A stretch of DNA of 64,000 nucleotides, from the NCBI GenBank assembly GCA_964658305.1, contig OZ210885.1, positions 3,596,001 to 3,660,000 on the forward strand, written 5' to 3'. The translations under genes and the position numbers were made by a program. The stretch is from Leptogorgia sarmentosa (lineage: Eukaryota). Under the pieces are notes generated by a model, which saw only the letters and a list, made by a program, of their open reading frames with translations, had not been told where the DNA came from and searched no databases. Positions 12,601-26,100 of this stretch are shown here, piece by piece (positions within the stretch are counted from its first letter, which is position 1; each line of letters starts with the position of its first letter).

Positions 12601-15600
12601 CTCTGCAACAGTAATGTGGAAAATATCTACATCCACTCAGCACTCCAGCTATATAACAGGGATCATCATATACATCAACGGCCAAGTACACAAGACTGTA
12701 TCTCGGGGGACTCAAGTATCTATAGAGGGACTTTTACCGTACACTTCGTATTCCGTGGGAATTCAAACTCAGGATGGTTCATCACAAAAGAGTCAAATAG
12801 TTACCAAACCTTTCATGACAAGAGGAATTGGTATGTTTGGGGAATCATGCTTCCATGGAGATATCTTATTCGACCTTAATTTCGTGTGACTTTTCTTTCG
12901 CGATTCGAAAAAATCGCAAATTAAAGTCCCGCGAAAAACTCTTCCCCACAAATTTACACACGCGAAATTAAATACCCTCGTATATAAACAATTTAAAATT
13001 ATTAAATTATTAATGTTCTCATAAATACAATGAATCACATGTTGAAGAAGGTTGGGATAGCGAACGTTCATATCAGTACATAAGAACTTCCCCTAGAAGA
13101 CCAATTGTCGAATGAGTTTCATGTGAAGTAGAAAAAACATTATGGGCTACTTGTCGTGGTTCTGTCTTCCTTGAAAAGTTGTTTAAATATTTTAAGTTGA
13201 AGTTTAAATCATAGTGTAAATGATTCTCAGGAAAAACTCTATCCCTTTTTCTATTTTCGGTCATTAAAATCGCGAAATATGGTTTCGAAAAAATCGCGAA
13301 ATTAATTAGGTGCAAAATTAAGTACGAATAAGGTATGTAATCGTTGGGTTAAAATTCTTAGAAAATTTATTCACATAGCCCCATTACGATTTTTCTTTCA
13401 TGGATTAGTTAAGTTGTGGTAGGGTGCTGCTTGTGCAATCATCTTCTATAATCTGCTAAAATCGGGGACAAATTTATTTCCGCTTCGAATTCTGGAAAAT
13501 TCATTCATCAAGGTGAACATCATCACCTTGTCATGATAACACCTTGTCATGATAACACTGTATTTTTTAGCTACACACAGCATTGTTCGAATCTATACTA
13601 TTATAAACAACAACTTTTCCTCTTTCATAATATGTGATTGATCTTCCATTTTTTCTTGTCGTAGCACCTCCCATAGTCGTTTCAAGGATCGTATCAACGG
13701 CCTCTAAAACGTACACTATCTTCTGGGTTCAACCAACACTACCGGCTGGACAAACCGTCCTGAAGTACTTTATAAACTACAGAGTTCTCAATGGGCCCAA
13801 TAATTCAAGAAATGTATCAAAGGATATGACATCTATTACTATTGATGTTGAATATGAGAAACAATATATTTTTGAAATACAAGTTGTGACCGAGCCGGGA
13901 ATAAGTAATGTGACGTCAAGAACCTGGTTCTCTCATTCAGGTAAAAAATACATGAAATGTTTTTCTACAATGTGACAGTAACAACGGTTTAGTTTATGGA
14001 ACTGGGAAATTTATCTTCGCCAAACGTTTTCTTGGAGGGGGGGATGGGTACTTGAAGAAACTTCTCAACCAGCCTTAGTACACCTCAAATTTCTGGCATA
14101 TAGTTAAAATGTCGGCGATTTAAACAATTTAGTTGTCTTTCTATTATTTATTCAATTTTATTTGTTTTTTATCCCTTCTATGTAGCGCCCTTGAAAACGC
14201 CGACCAAAAAGAACGACAGTTACACAGTAACACTGATAAAGCCAAGAAAAGAGCAAAATATTAAGTAAGTTGACATGAAATAGTTAATAATTTGAAACAA
14301 CTCACTCATAATGAAATCATTTTGTTGTAAAATATGTCTTTGTTCTCTTTTCTTTGAACTCTCGTAAACTGTGCTATTTAGTTACTTACCTTGAGCTGGT
14401 TGACGTTGTCCGCGGTTAAAGTGCGAAAGTTTAGTCAGACGAAACTGTAGGTAAAAGTTGTAACTAAACTGCAACTACTGCGAATTGCAAGAAGAAACAA
14501 CTGAAGGTTCCGGATAGCGAAATACCTACACGCAGATACTTTCTTTTCTTAGGCAAGTCGCTCTTGTGTTACTCAAATCAAAAAATCTCCAGGCACCAGA
14601 AGAAGTTGAGCTGCGGTTGTGCCGAGAAGAGAACGATATCGCCTTTAAAGCTAAAGTATTTGATATAACGGACTTTCAAGAAGATACAATAGAAATATCA
14701 CTTCAACAGACTCCAGACAAACGCCGAAGAAAGAGAAATGCAGTTGTAGTTGAGGCATTGTCACCTATGTCAACCTACAGAGCTGCCCAATTAAACACTG
14801 ACGAGTCTGAGGTAGCTTAAAATAAGTTCTTCTCGCAGGAAAGATTCATGCGAAAAACGACTTTTAAAACGGACCCATGTCAGAAATTTTCAACTGAGAA
14901 ATCACAGTATTGCCAACGTCAAATGATCACTCCCAAAATCTCAACATCTATTTGGGGTAAATTCAGGGAGCTCTTCCGAACCTTTGCATATCATTGCAAT
15001 TCCTATTGGTTGCGACTAGCGGGCTTACAAGATCTTGTTTATATATATAACCCATGATTTCAGAACCGTAACGAATAAATGTACTGTCGCAATGAGGAAT
15101 AGCGTCATAGATAGTTGTTTAACTGAAATTTGGCATTTTTTTAGAATGAACGTTGGTCATATTGGAGTAAACCTTTTACTTTCATTGGAGGTAGGCTGCA
15201 TGTATTTATAAAATAACCGGAAGTAAGTGAAAAAGACTGCGCGCGTGTGATTGGCTAACAGTCGTGTTGATGTGGGATTATGTATATTGTGAAATGTGAG
15301 ATTATTTCCACACATTTCTCGTTCTCCCAATCTTGCACTCGTGTTTACATAACTCGATGCAAACATGGAAAATGTTTTCAATTCCTTAAATACAGCTAAG
15401 GCTATATACTTGCGAACTTCAAACCTTGAACATTATTTGGGAATCTTATTGCACATGCAAATTGTTCAAGTGTTGTATAATTTAGTCATTCAGATTTCAG
15501 ATAATTTAAAAAATAGATGGCGGTTACGCCGCAAGGTAAAAAGTATTTTAAAACCAATTTCTATTCCAAATTAATTTTCTTTAATTTTTTTTAGAAAATA

Positions 15601-17222
15601 TTCTTATATAGTCAGTAATCAAGGCAAAGAAGATGAAAGTAAATCACTTTCTTGATGGTTTATTTATTCTGTTCATGATATCAAAATACCGTTGACAAAA
15701 TGTTGGGATGAACATGCAACATTCTGAATTCTTGTATTATAGAAACTGTTGACGGTCAAGATACGAAGCAATCCAGTTGTGGGAAAATCCAAATAGATCT
15801 CCTCATTCCTCTGGTTATATTTATTCTTTGTTTTCTGCTGTCACTTGGTGTAATCATATATCAACGTCGTCTCATTCAAAATTATAAAAAGCTATCTGGC
15901 CGGGACTACGAGGTGCCAGAAAAGGCAAAAGCACAGCAAACGATTAAATCTAGTATGTATACTTATTCTTTCAGTTAAGTTATTCTATTAACCAGGGGCG
16001 TAGCCAGCCCTACAAAAGTGAGGGGGTCCATTCATCCAGTAGATCATATACAGTTATACTGCGCAACAATATGTCCAAACGTTCATGTATTTTAGGCGGG
16101 GGTGTTATGAACTTGAAAATAACAAATGTTTCACAAGTGCACCTTAAACAAAACAGCCTAATGTGTGTGTATATGAATCAAATAATATATTAATCAAATG
16201 TTGGGGATGCAATGGTGCATGATTAGACTGTGAGGAGGCGTACTCGATATTCCTTATATCCGCTTTCTTACTTGATTTTGAAGGAATTGAAAGACATGTT
16301 TTGAATAAAAGTGGGGGGTCCGGACCCCCCCCCCCCCCTCCCATTCCATCCCGTTAAATTAAATTTGTCAGCAGTAGACTGTAGTACATGAAAACGCAAA
16401 TCTTAAAATATAACTGCTTCTTGATCTACAACCTATATCTTGTTTAAGCTCGTTGCAAGGCATTTTTATTTTGTTATTCAGGCTTTCCCATGGTTATAGA
16501 AGTAATGTTAATCAGAGAGAATGCATAAACATGGCAGGGTTCTAAACTCGGCCTCAAACGAAAAGGCCTTTTGGGGCCTGCCCGTTCCAGAATCTTTCGG
16601 TTTATGAACACTTGTTTGGCCAAAAACACAGAAAAGAGTCATGGGAGGGGGGGCTCATATTCATATATTCGGGTTCACAGACCTTGATTTCAAAACAACC
16701 CACAACAATTGATTTCAAAAGGAATAAGGAAAGCAAAACACGAATATATAAATATTAGCCCCCCCCCCCCGTCATTTGTTAATCTTCCGCGGTCGCTGAA
16801 TTCAACCCATGACAGCCTGTTGTATATTGCATATCCGTTAGGGTTATCTCGAGCGTTTGTTTCGCGTGGGTGAACTGACAATGATAACTAATTATCAGGG
16901 ATCAAAATGTAAGAGATGCATCAACACCTTTCTTAATTCCATTCTAGCTCTTGAAGGTAACAACAAAACTGTGAAAGCCGTCAAAGCTGCTACCGGCAGT
17001 GATTTGTACACGAATGACGAATATAAATCACCTGACTGCTTTGCTAAAGGGAACAAGCAAAATGAAACTGAATCTCAACAAGAACTTTCTGCTGCAGAAG
17101 AACCCTACATGTCTTTGAAAAACCGCAGAGATCCTGAGAACGTTTATCAATCGCTGCAATTCCCCAATATTCAGACCGTGGAATATGAAAATCCCACATT
17201 TACGTCCAAAGGGCAAATGTAG
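6684..17222 (+). CDS. Receptor copy B: SP, ricin-B-like, SUEL, SRCR-like, F5/8C, FN3 x2, juxtamembrane, TM, ITAM/ITIM-like tail (about 977 aa)
   Basis: Exons 6684-6744, 8463(8490)-8900, 9399-9707, 10512-10808, 11276-11553, 11916-12042, 12552-12830, 13665-13940, 14186-14264, 14553-14811, 15145-15190, (15612-15638), 15743-15952, 16948-17222. Phases are compatible and there are no internal stops. The canonical exon-2 acceptor is AA (8488-8489); an in-frame cryptic AG lies at 8461-8462. Confidence 0.8.
7056..7820. repeat. Local direct duplication of about 400 bp in copy B intron 1
   Basis: aaaaatcaaaatgtatgttatatttggttt... starts at 7056 and again at 7457, with matching downstream sequence. Confidence 0.85.
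15993..16352. mobile_element. hAT-type MITE with one TIR lost, specific to copy B
   Basis: Begins CAGGGGCGTAGCCA. The body is the reverse complement of the element at 48451-48700. It is absent at the homologous site in copy A (ctattaac|gttaaatt). Confidence 0.75.
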
Positions 17223-18010
17223 ATTCAACAAAAGCCTTTCGTCGAAGATCGTTTTGTAGTGACCGGAACTTTTGATGCATGTAGAGTGGCCAGAGTGCAT
17301 TTTCCTCGGATATACGTAAGAGGGTTTATAACCACACATCTTTATTTATATTTTAACAAGGGCCTCTGCTAGAGTGTTAATTGAGGGGGGGGTGCCTATG
17401 CATATATTCCTGTTCTACCCAACGGATTTTTATCAAATTTGTTGTTTTTAAATAAAAGAAATCCGTCGGGGAGCACATGACTATATATACGAATATGCAC
17501 CCCCCCCCCCCCCCCCCCCCATTGGCTTTCTAGCTACCGCCCCGATTGTGACCATTTCAACGATTTGCAAAAATGCATGAATAAGCCTATAGCAAGCATT
17601 TAATACCATTTTACTCCATAATATAATTAACTTAACGTATTTAGTACTTTTTAGCTACTACATAATCATGCCGATAACACATTAGTGTGAAACCGAAAAA
17701 GTTACAAATAGTGTAGGTATTTTGGTACTGTACATTCATATCTATGTTGGATATTTGTATTGGTGTATTTTGAAAAACAGTTATATCGTATTTCTTCATA
17801 TTAACGTTATTAACCTACATGTAGTTCTTAGAAAATGCCATGGAAATGATCCAACAGCATAGATACATCTCTTGACAAATCACGTATAGTTTGTGTTGAA
17901 AAATAAATGCTTTGTTTTCATTTGATTTTTTACCTTATTCATATATACTTCCTGATTTTGAAAATACAAATGACATTTCACAATATATGCACTAATTATT
18001 AACAATTATA

Positions 18011-18374
18011 ATATAAGTAGGGTAAAATCTGCAATGCGATTGGATAATGAGCGTGCATTATAACAGCGTAATGCACGCATCTAGCTATTAAATTTCTCCC
18101 GCGACTCTTTGGTTTGACAAAAAGACAATAAAAATACATATATACTAAAAATACATCCATAAAAAACGCTTGAATTGTTTGCTTTCGCTCAGCTAAAGGA
18201 ATAAAGCTGTGTTGCTGCTTGGCAACGTTTGAGAACACGCTTGATTACATGTAAAGAGAATTGTAATTTTGATCTTCGTAACGAAGTTATTTGTTGCGCT
18301 AATATTCTCTTATATTATAAAAGAAATAGAACATATAACAGCATAATGGCACGCGACTCGTTATCTACTTCTTA
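18011..18374. mobile_element. Insertion of about 360 bp in the B-C intergenic region, likely an interspersed repeat
   Basis: Absent from the homologous A-B intergenic site near 5070. It has imperfect inverted ends (agtagggtaa / ttatctact). Confidence 0.5.
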
Positions 18375-19749
18375 ATTAAATTACCCTCGCGAGGCAAGCC
18401 GTTCGGTCGTTAGCCGGGGCTGAGGGTAATAATTCCGTACGGCTATTCACACCAGGGTAAAGGAAAGCATAGCGGAGTCTGAAGTATTGAACTAAAAAAT
18501 AACTAGAACGATAAGTCAGGGGGAAATTGAAGCCGTGCTTGAAGATGTTTTGTATGTAGACCCAGTCTTTTTCTAATATCATTTTATAATATTCATTTAG
18601 ACAAAACTAAGACGTCAAACCTCAGGAATTATTTACCCCAAGTAAAATACATCAGTATGCAAAGCTTCGTGAAGATTGGAGGCATGAAAGTCGAAAGAAA
18701 TGCGTTTGATTTCAATGTTGACAAAAACACTCATTACCAGAAATCTTAAGGGTCGCGCCCGCTGTCATGTGTCAGTGGCAACAATGATGAATTAAAATTA
18801 TTCAATGAGCAGGCGATGAAGCGAGTCAGAATCACTATGTGGCACAAGACGTGTCTCAAAACTACTTGATTCTTAAACCTGTAATATTCTTTTTTGCTAA
18901 CTTAAGTTCACATTTTCGTTTTAACGCTTCGTTTTTGTTCATTTGGCCACGTTTGTAGCCTAATCGCGTGCAATTATGTAGGAATTATTACAAATATCAT
19001 ATGTAAGGAGCATGAAATGCGATGATCGTAGAAGTAATGTCAATTTTATTCATTTTGAGCTAACTTTTTTCCATACTTTCCTTTCATACTTTTAATATGC
19101 TTAATCAAAATTCACATTTTCAATTTTTGGTGTAAAAATACTAAAAAAGCTGCATTAAGCAGTATACCATATGCCTTCCAATACATAATAAATGATTCAC
19201 GACTTTGAATTGTGAAGGCCTGGGGAGAGCGCGTCATTTTAGGAATGGTTAAGATTTCTGGTGATGGTTTATTCGGAGTACTCGAATTGCCCACGAGGAG
19301 TGCGAAGTCAAAAATACCAAATTTGAAAAAGTCAATTTATTCCCGTTTTAAAAAAGTTATAGCGGCAATGAAATGGTTAAAATGACAGTTTCATTATTTT
19401 TGTTGGTTGATGCTAGAGCAAACATTTGTCATTTTTTTGGAATATAGACCTGAAAATCCTCACCATTTGCGGCAGGTGGACGTAAAGCAGATGGAACTAA
19501 ACAGATAACCTGGTGTGAGTCCAAAACATTGATCTTTTTCTACTAAAAAACGTGTAATTCTTGCCAATTTTTGCAAAAAAAAACTTGCGAGAAAAAATCC
19601 TCACTCGATCCTTTCGAACTCTCCTCAGTCCTTTTGTATATTAATTTTACTGCGCGCCGGGTTCAGCCAATCATAGGACCAAATCATAGGAGTTATCATC
19701 CCAAATGCTTCAGACAGAAGATCCATCTTGAAATTCTAAATAAAGCTAA

Positions 19750-19903
19750 GGCCTATAGGTTAAACGTCAAACTTTTCATGTGCCGAACCTAATGTTAATG
19801 AGCAAAGTTCTTTGTTTGAGCTCATTTGCATTAGGTTCGGCGCATGAAAAGTTCGACGTTTGACTTAGGAAAAGTTCGACGTTTGACGTTTGACGTTTGA
19901 CCT
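19750..19903. mobile_element. Harbinger/PIF-like MITE, same family as 32353-32474, with a stuttered end
   Basis: Shares the core cttttcatgtgccgaacctaatg...cattaggttcggcgcatgaaaagttcgacg and ends in (gacgttt)n. It is absent from the homologous sites upstream of B and D. Confidence 0.7.
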
Positions 19904-20101
19904 ACTTATATTATTCGAATTTACCTCGTCTTCGGCAAATAAAACAAACCTTGGCCTTAATAATTTCTCATATGTTGCCCGACCTCATTCCATAATTGTT
20001 GATAATTAGTGCATATATTTTTCATTTCGTTGATTATTGAGAAATAATGTGATGCGGAAATATACGCTCTTACTCTTTCAATATTCAAAGTCAACGAAAA
20101 A

Positions 20102-23100
20102 ATGTCGCGGCTTTTTCATCAATGGCTATCTTATTTTAGCATATTCTTGGTTGTGTTTGAAGGTAATGTGTGATAGGTTGTAGGTTGTAGTCAGTACACC
20201 AACAGCACTGATAATATTTTTTTTACTCCATTTGCCCACCAATATCGATCATAGAAAGTTTAAGGCTTCAAGCTTGGCGTTCAAGTGTCAAACGTGAAAC
20301 AGTAAAGACAAACTGACAAAGTTTCAACCGTAAGCAGTAGAATGTCAATAGACGTGTTGTTAAATTATTCTTGTGACATGAGAAAGAAAGTGGTTAAACC
20401 AAAATTCTGCGGCAAAAGTTAGACCTTCCGTTCGCCGTTCGCCGAAGCATAAACTCTCTGATAATATGAGTCTGAAAATAAAATAAAAATGTATGTTATA
20501 TTTGGTTTACAAATGTTTTGCTTGCGATAAATTATGCAGTATGCGTGGTGGCATTAATGATCAAGACTATATAGGCTGAGTTTATACTGTATATACATTG
20601 CCTAAACATTATTGACAACTTAGGTTCTGGAAGTTGGTTCAGGAACAACAACTTAATTGGTTCAGGAAGTTGTGATAATTTAGTTAAGTGCCTGTTAACT
20701 GTGGTATATCTGTGGGTAAAAAGTTTATAAATTACACTCAAACCATGTATAGTTATTATTAGTACCCTGATCTGAAGGTGTTTGAGGTATCATGTTTGGT
20801 ATTAATAATGATGAGTAGTTTGTAATTCTTCTTCAGGCATAATGATTTTAATAAAAAAGTTAAAAAATATTAAAACCGTCCAGACGTTACTCCGATTAAG
20901 GCTTCTTCAGTGGACTAACTGTTCGAGTAATATTAGGTTACTTATATACCTAATCACAAACAATAGATATATATTAAAATATTTATCTATTGTTTGTTAG
21001 AATAGGGTTGAGAGTTTTTATTTTTTTCATGTATTCTAACAAAACTAAACGCTGTAACCTTGGCTATGTCTATCCGTAAAACTTACAATTATCTGTCAAC
21101 CCGAACTAAGTTCCCTAAACAAACGCAACGAACTCGTATCCACTTGCCGACATCGCAAGAAATTCTATTGCGGTAACATTCATGCAATACTCATCAGGTG
21201 GGTCAATGATTTCTGTTTGATGAAAGAGGCTGTAGTGGCAAATTTTTGAGGCAAAACTATATTTGCCCCACTTGTGTTGTTATCAGTGTCATTGCAGTTT
21301 CAATTTTTATCCTTCTCTGTTCAGATTGTGGAGGCCTTTTCCTCAGGCATACCCAGACTGGAAAGTGTATTACGCCATCTGAAGAACTCGCGTTCGATGA
21401 TCCAAGGGCCGCTCTTCCTTACTATGTTGTATTGACTGACAACTGCTTGAACGATACAGCACAATTCCGTTATCTTGATAGGCCGCTGTTATTCAATATT
21501 GAGAAGCAAGGAACGCTGTGGCCTCCCGGCCACCCTGCCTATATGTCTCGTTGGTGGGTTTACAACGGCGTACATCCCAGTAAAATTAGACACGAAATCA
21601 GCAGTTCCAATTATTTAAAACAAACAGCTGCAGGTTCTTTATTCTTGTACAATCTGGATGTATGTGCTCAGCCCGGTTCATCAAATTATCTATTGAGGGC
21701 AACGTGTGGTAGCACTGCAGAGCAAGAGTTTACATTTGGTAAGTGAAATTTAATATGTACTGAACTCCGCACAATAGACCTTACCGATTATTCACATTTT
21801 ACCTAATGGCCTCGTTTTCACGCTGTATATTTACTCGTATTTCGCGCACAATATGGTTAAAATTGAGTAAGCCTATGATTGAGTTTAAGTTATAAACAAA
21901 CAAATTCATTCGAAAAAAGTCGGAAAATGACTTTCATGTGAGCTTACCAAACGACAAGAAGCAAAACATGTAAACGAGGCCATTGGGTAAACGGGAATAA
22001 TCGGTAAGGTCTATTATGTCGAAAGAACAAAACTGATTACGTAGAATGGATTGATTTCGATATACGCGCTTAAAATGCGGCGTTATGGTTGACATACATA
22101 CAGACAGTATTGAATGTTACACTCCTTAGAGTAGTTATTTAACCCGGTACTGTTTGCGTTTATATTCATAGGAGGAGGAATACATATTACTGTTCATAGA
22201 CAGATTTCTTTTGAAATAAACATAAAAGAAATTCGTCGAATAACGGCAAACAATGACTTCATAATTCTCCATATTGTGCGCAAACTGAATTTAATAATTA
22301 TTGTATTATTCATTTAAAATTTTAGAACATTCAATTCAAATTCGCTATTTAATTTGTGGAAACTTAATACCTGTTGTTTTTAGCTATCCTTCAAAATATA
22401 GTCTGTTGAAGTTTTTATTGATCTTTTTGTATTCAAAGAAACTTTTTTCGCAGTAATTCTTGAATTTCGACTTTCCTTTATTTGTATAAAAAAGTTAAGT
22501 TAAAAAAAACAATTCCTTAGACCTATATAACAGCCATCGTCGTGAGTAGGGGGGCGTCAGCGTCAATATGAGTTAGTTTGATAATGGTCTTTTGCATTGT
22601 GTGTAAGAAATATTTTCAAAATGGAATTTGAAATTGCGAAAGCTAATTAAGTCACCAGCTCAAAGTGATAATTATGAGGTGACTGTGTCAAATCGCTTTT
22701 CACACTTGGTTTATCTCTACTTAGGGCGATGCGAGATTTCTCTATGACCAGACGAAAATCTTTTATTTGGATTTTTTTAAATGCAGTCCACGATTGGGAA
22801 AATTGGTCTAATATCAACTCTGTTTTATAGGTTCAGTGACAGCCTATAACGCTGAAATGGAAAATGTACACTGCTCTTCAGAACAGCATATGATGGTAAA
22901 GAGTGCTGATTATGGAGATTTTAATGATAGTGGTACATTTAATCCCAAGCCAAACATTGATACACAATGTAGCAGGCTTACCACTTGCCAAGTGAAATCT
23001 CGTTGTAGCGGAGGGAAATCGTGTGAACTGGTACTCGACAGTAATTTGCTACCATCACAATATTGTCCCGATACTTCAAAACAAATATATACCAAGTACA

Positions 23101-26100
23101 CTTGTGTGGATACCTACAGCTCCTCCGCTATAACTGCAGGTAAAATTTATTGAAATGTTGTTGTATATTATTTTTCTCTTTTAAATTTCCTTTTTTGCAC
23201 TCTTGATGCTGCTGAATCAAAGATAAGGCACTAAATTCTGTGTTTGAGATAATTTACATAAGGTTCGGCACATGAAATGTTTGACGTCTGAACTACGATC
23301 TTAACCAATAATGCATAGAACGGCAGGCCGAACCGACTATTTCCAGTTTTAAATGCGATTAAAGATGATGTTTTACCTCAAGGGGTTTTAATAATTATAC
23401 GCACGAGAAATGAATCATTGTTCGATAATTTATGGTCAAGATTGTTGCCCTGAGGATCGTTATCGCAGGCTCATGAGACCAGCAATTGAAAATCCGAATA
23501 GATGCATGGGATACAACTGCAACTATCTTTACTTTGGATGTGCATGTTATGTTTGCATTTTGAAGTATATAAAGCTCGGAAGAATTTTATATGATTTATT
23601 TTGGCAATCACATTAATGAAATGCTAGTAATATATCATCAATAATATATGCAATGTGACCGAGCCAAATCAAAGTTCTCTCTTCAAGAACGGGCACTTTG
23701 CGTACGACGTTTTTTTGAATGCGAAGTATTTCATAACCATAATAAGTAACGAAAGGCAAATCCCAGCAGCAATTGTTTTCAGAAAATTTTTCTTAGGTTT
23801 TGTTAAAATGTGTTCAAAGGTTAAAACCAGTACGGCCCAAGACTGATGATTTCGAAAACAGCTCTATCTATCCGAACGATAATAAAGCATATGAATTATT
23901 TAGGAGTGTTCATAATTTGATAATATTATTAATGTTTTAGCTCCCAATATTAGATTGTCAAACCGAAGCGAAGGGTATATTGAAATAAAAAATGGTTCAA
24001 TATGGAAGAAAGTTGTCGAGGAAAACTGGGATAAAAACCGTCAAAAAATGCTGTGCCAGTATTTAGGATTTGATGAGATTGATGGCAATAATATTGAAAC
24101 TACACAATTAGGGAGTGGACAAGAGATTGTCACTGGGGACTTGATCTGTTATAACGCACAATCAAACAGAACATCCTGCTGTGTCCATCTTAAACCTTTA
24201 ACAACCAATACAAGTACTGCGATTCCAGATGTGAGATGTAAGTACCACATCACTGACATCAGATGTAAGTTTCCACTTATCAGTTCTATACAGAGCCGCC
24301 ATATTGCATTAAATTAATTTTGGTGCTGCACGAATACATTTCTGCTATACTACAATGGATTTCTAAGCATGTGAACAAGGCCGAAAAATGCAGGAAACAT
24401 TTAAGTCACTCCGATGATTGTGTTTTTGTTCAGAGTAAGCACCTACCTAAATGAATGACGTAATTTCAACCTACGAACGTGGCTGAATCAATGTTTTGAA
24501 AATGTAAATAATTCAGTCTGAGATATTCAGTTTCCTGTCATGCACAATAAGTAATATTGTATTATCGCATCGATGAATTTACTTTAGTTTTTCAATTTTC
24601 GTCGCAGGCAAAATATGTAAGAACCCACTACTGCAAGATGAAAATACTTTTCCAGACTCTGTGTTTTCCGGCAGTGGTGATCCAAGTGGGAACTACAAAG
24701 ATGCGAGAATCACTAAAAGTGGCTGGTGTCCATTGGGGTCCGGCAGCACATACCTCTTGCTCGACCTTCAGAAAGAATATCACATAACTCAAGTTGTGGT
24801 TATGGCTGATGAAGAACAAACAAAATGGAGCGGCTCATATTCTTTGAAATACAGTCACGACACTTCTTATGAAAACAGCGCAAAGGTACAGTTATTATAG
24901 TAATGAAGTAAATGCTTTCCTGAAAATGAATGGTAGAAAAGAGTTGGTAGAGAAGACTTGATGAAACAAGACCTTGCTGACGTATCTAGATTGACTAACT
25001 CCTATACCCTTGTAATATAAAATAGAAACGGGATTTACCTACAATTCCGGCGATCTTCAGTGCATGGTATACAATACGTGATATAGTTAGATAACTATAA
25101 AGCGTCGAAAAAGAAATCTAAGACTGCACATATTTAACTTAACAAGGAATTGGACGAATTTAATTATCGATGATGTACATATTTCTTAACGTAACTGTTT
25201 GAGATCACGAGTTCTTCCTAATTTTCAGGAATTTGGAAACCAAAACGGCTACCAAGCATCAAGAACAAGCCTTGATATTTATAATGTCAGACACATGAAA
25301 ATAGAGTCCACTGGAAACAGAAACTTTTGTCTACGTATAGAACTTTGTGGAGAGGGTAAGAAATTGAGGAACAGTGAATAACATACATGAATGCCGAGAT
25401 TGTCCGCTCGCAAAGAAACATGTTATTTAGTCGAATACAAAGTTTTTATTGTATTGTAATGTCAAACAAGGTTTGGGAGTAATTAGCATGGTAAATCGTG
25501 TTACTCAATAGTCAATATTCAAGATATGAAGATAATTCAAGATGTTTCGCGACTTAAATTAGAGCGGTTTCTGGCCCCCTCAAATTTCTTTCAGGACCAT
25601 TCTCACAAAACTGTGTAGATGTGATAAAGGGCGGGGGCGGGCGGTGGGAGTGGGTGCAAGGGGCGTTAGAAGATCCAATAATGATGCTGTTGAAGTATAG
25701 AATATTATGCTTTATTCCGATATCTCACCAGGAAAATGCAGTCTAAATTTCAACATTTTCTGGCGGAGCAAGCCCCCCCCCCCCCCCCGAGACCCCTTCA
25801 TCAGAGGCTCTAAATTCTCCGGCGATCTAGAGGCTCTAAATTCTCAAAATTTTCTCGCTCGACGCCAGCCATGGTGGCGTCTCGTGAGACTCGCCCCCCC
25901 CCCCCGATCTTAAAACCGTTCCTACGCCCCTAGTATTCAAGATGTTTAGCGACTTAAATTAGAGCGGTTTCCGGCCACCTCGAATTTCTTTCAGGATCAT
26001 TCTCACAAAAGGTTTACAACTGTGTAGATGTTATGGGGGGGGGGGGGGTGTAAGGGGCGCTAAAAGATCCAATAATGATGTTGTTGAAGCATGGAATATT

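Noticed and set aside
18376..18582. Minus-strand 68-aa ORF in the intergenic unit, with a homolog at about 5080-5260
   Set aside because: The frame is not conserved between copies, the region is deleted in the C-D interval, and no domain is recognisable.
23843..23862. CTGATGA...GAAA hammerhead-like core
   Set aside because: Stems I and II are missing, and the homologous site in copy D reads CTCATGA.
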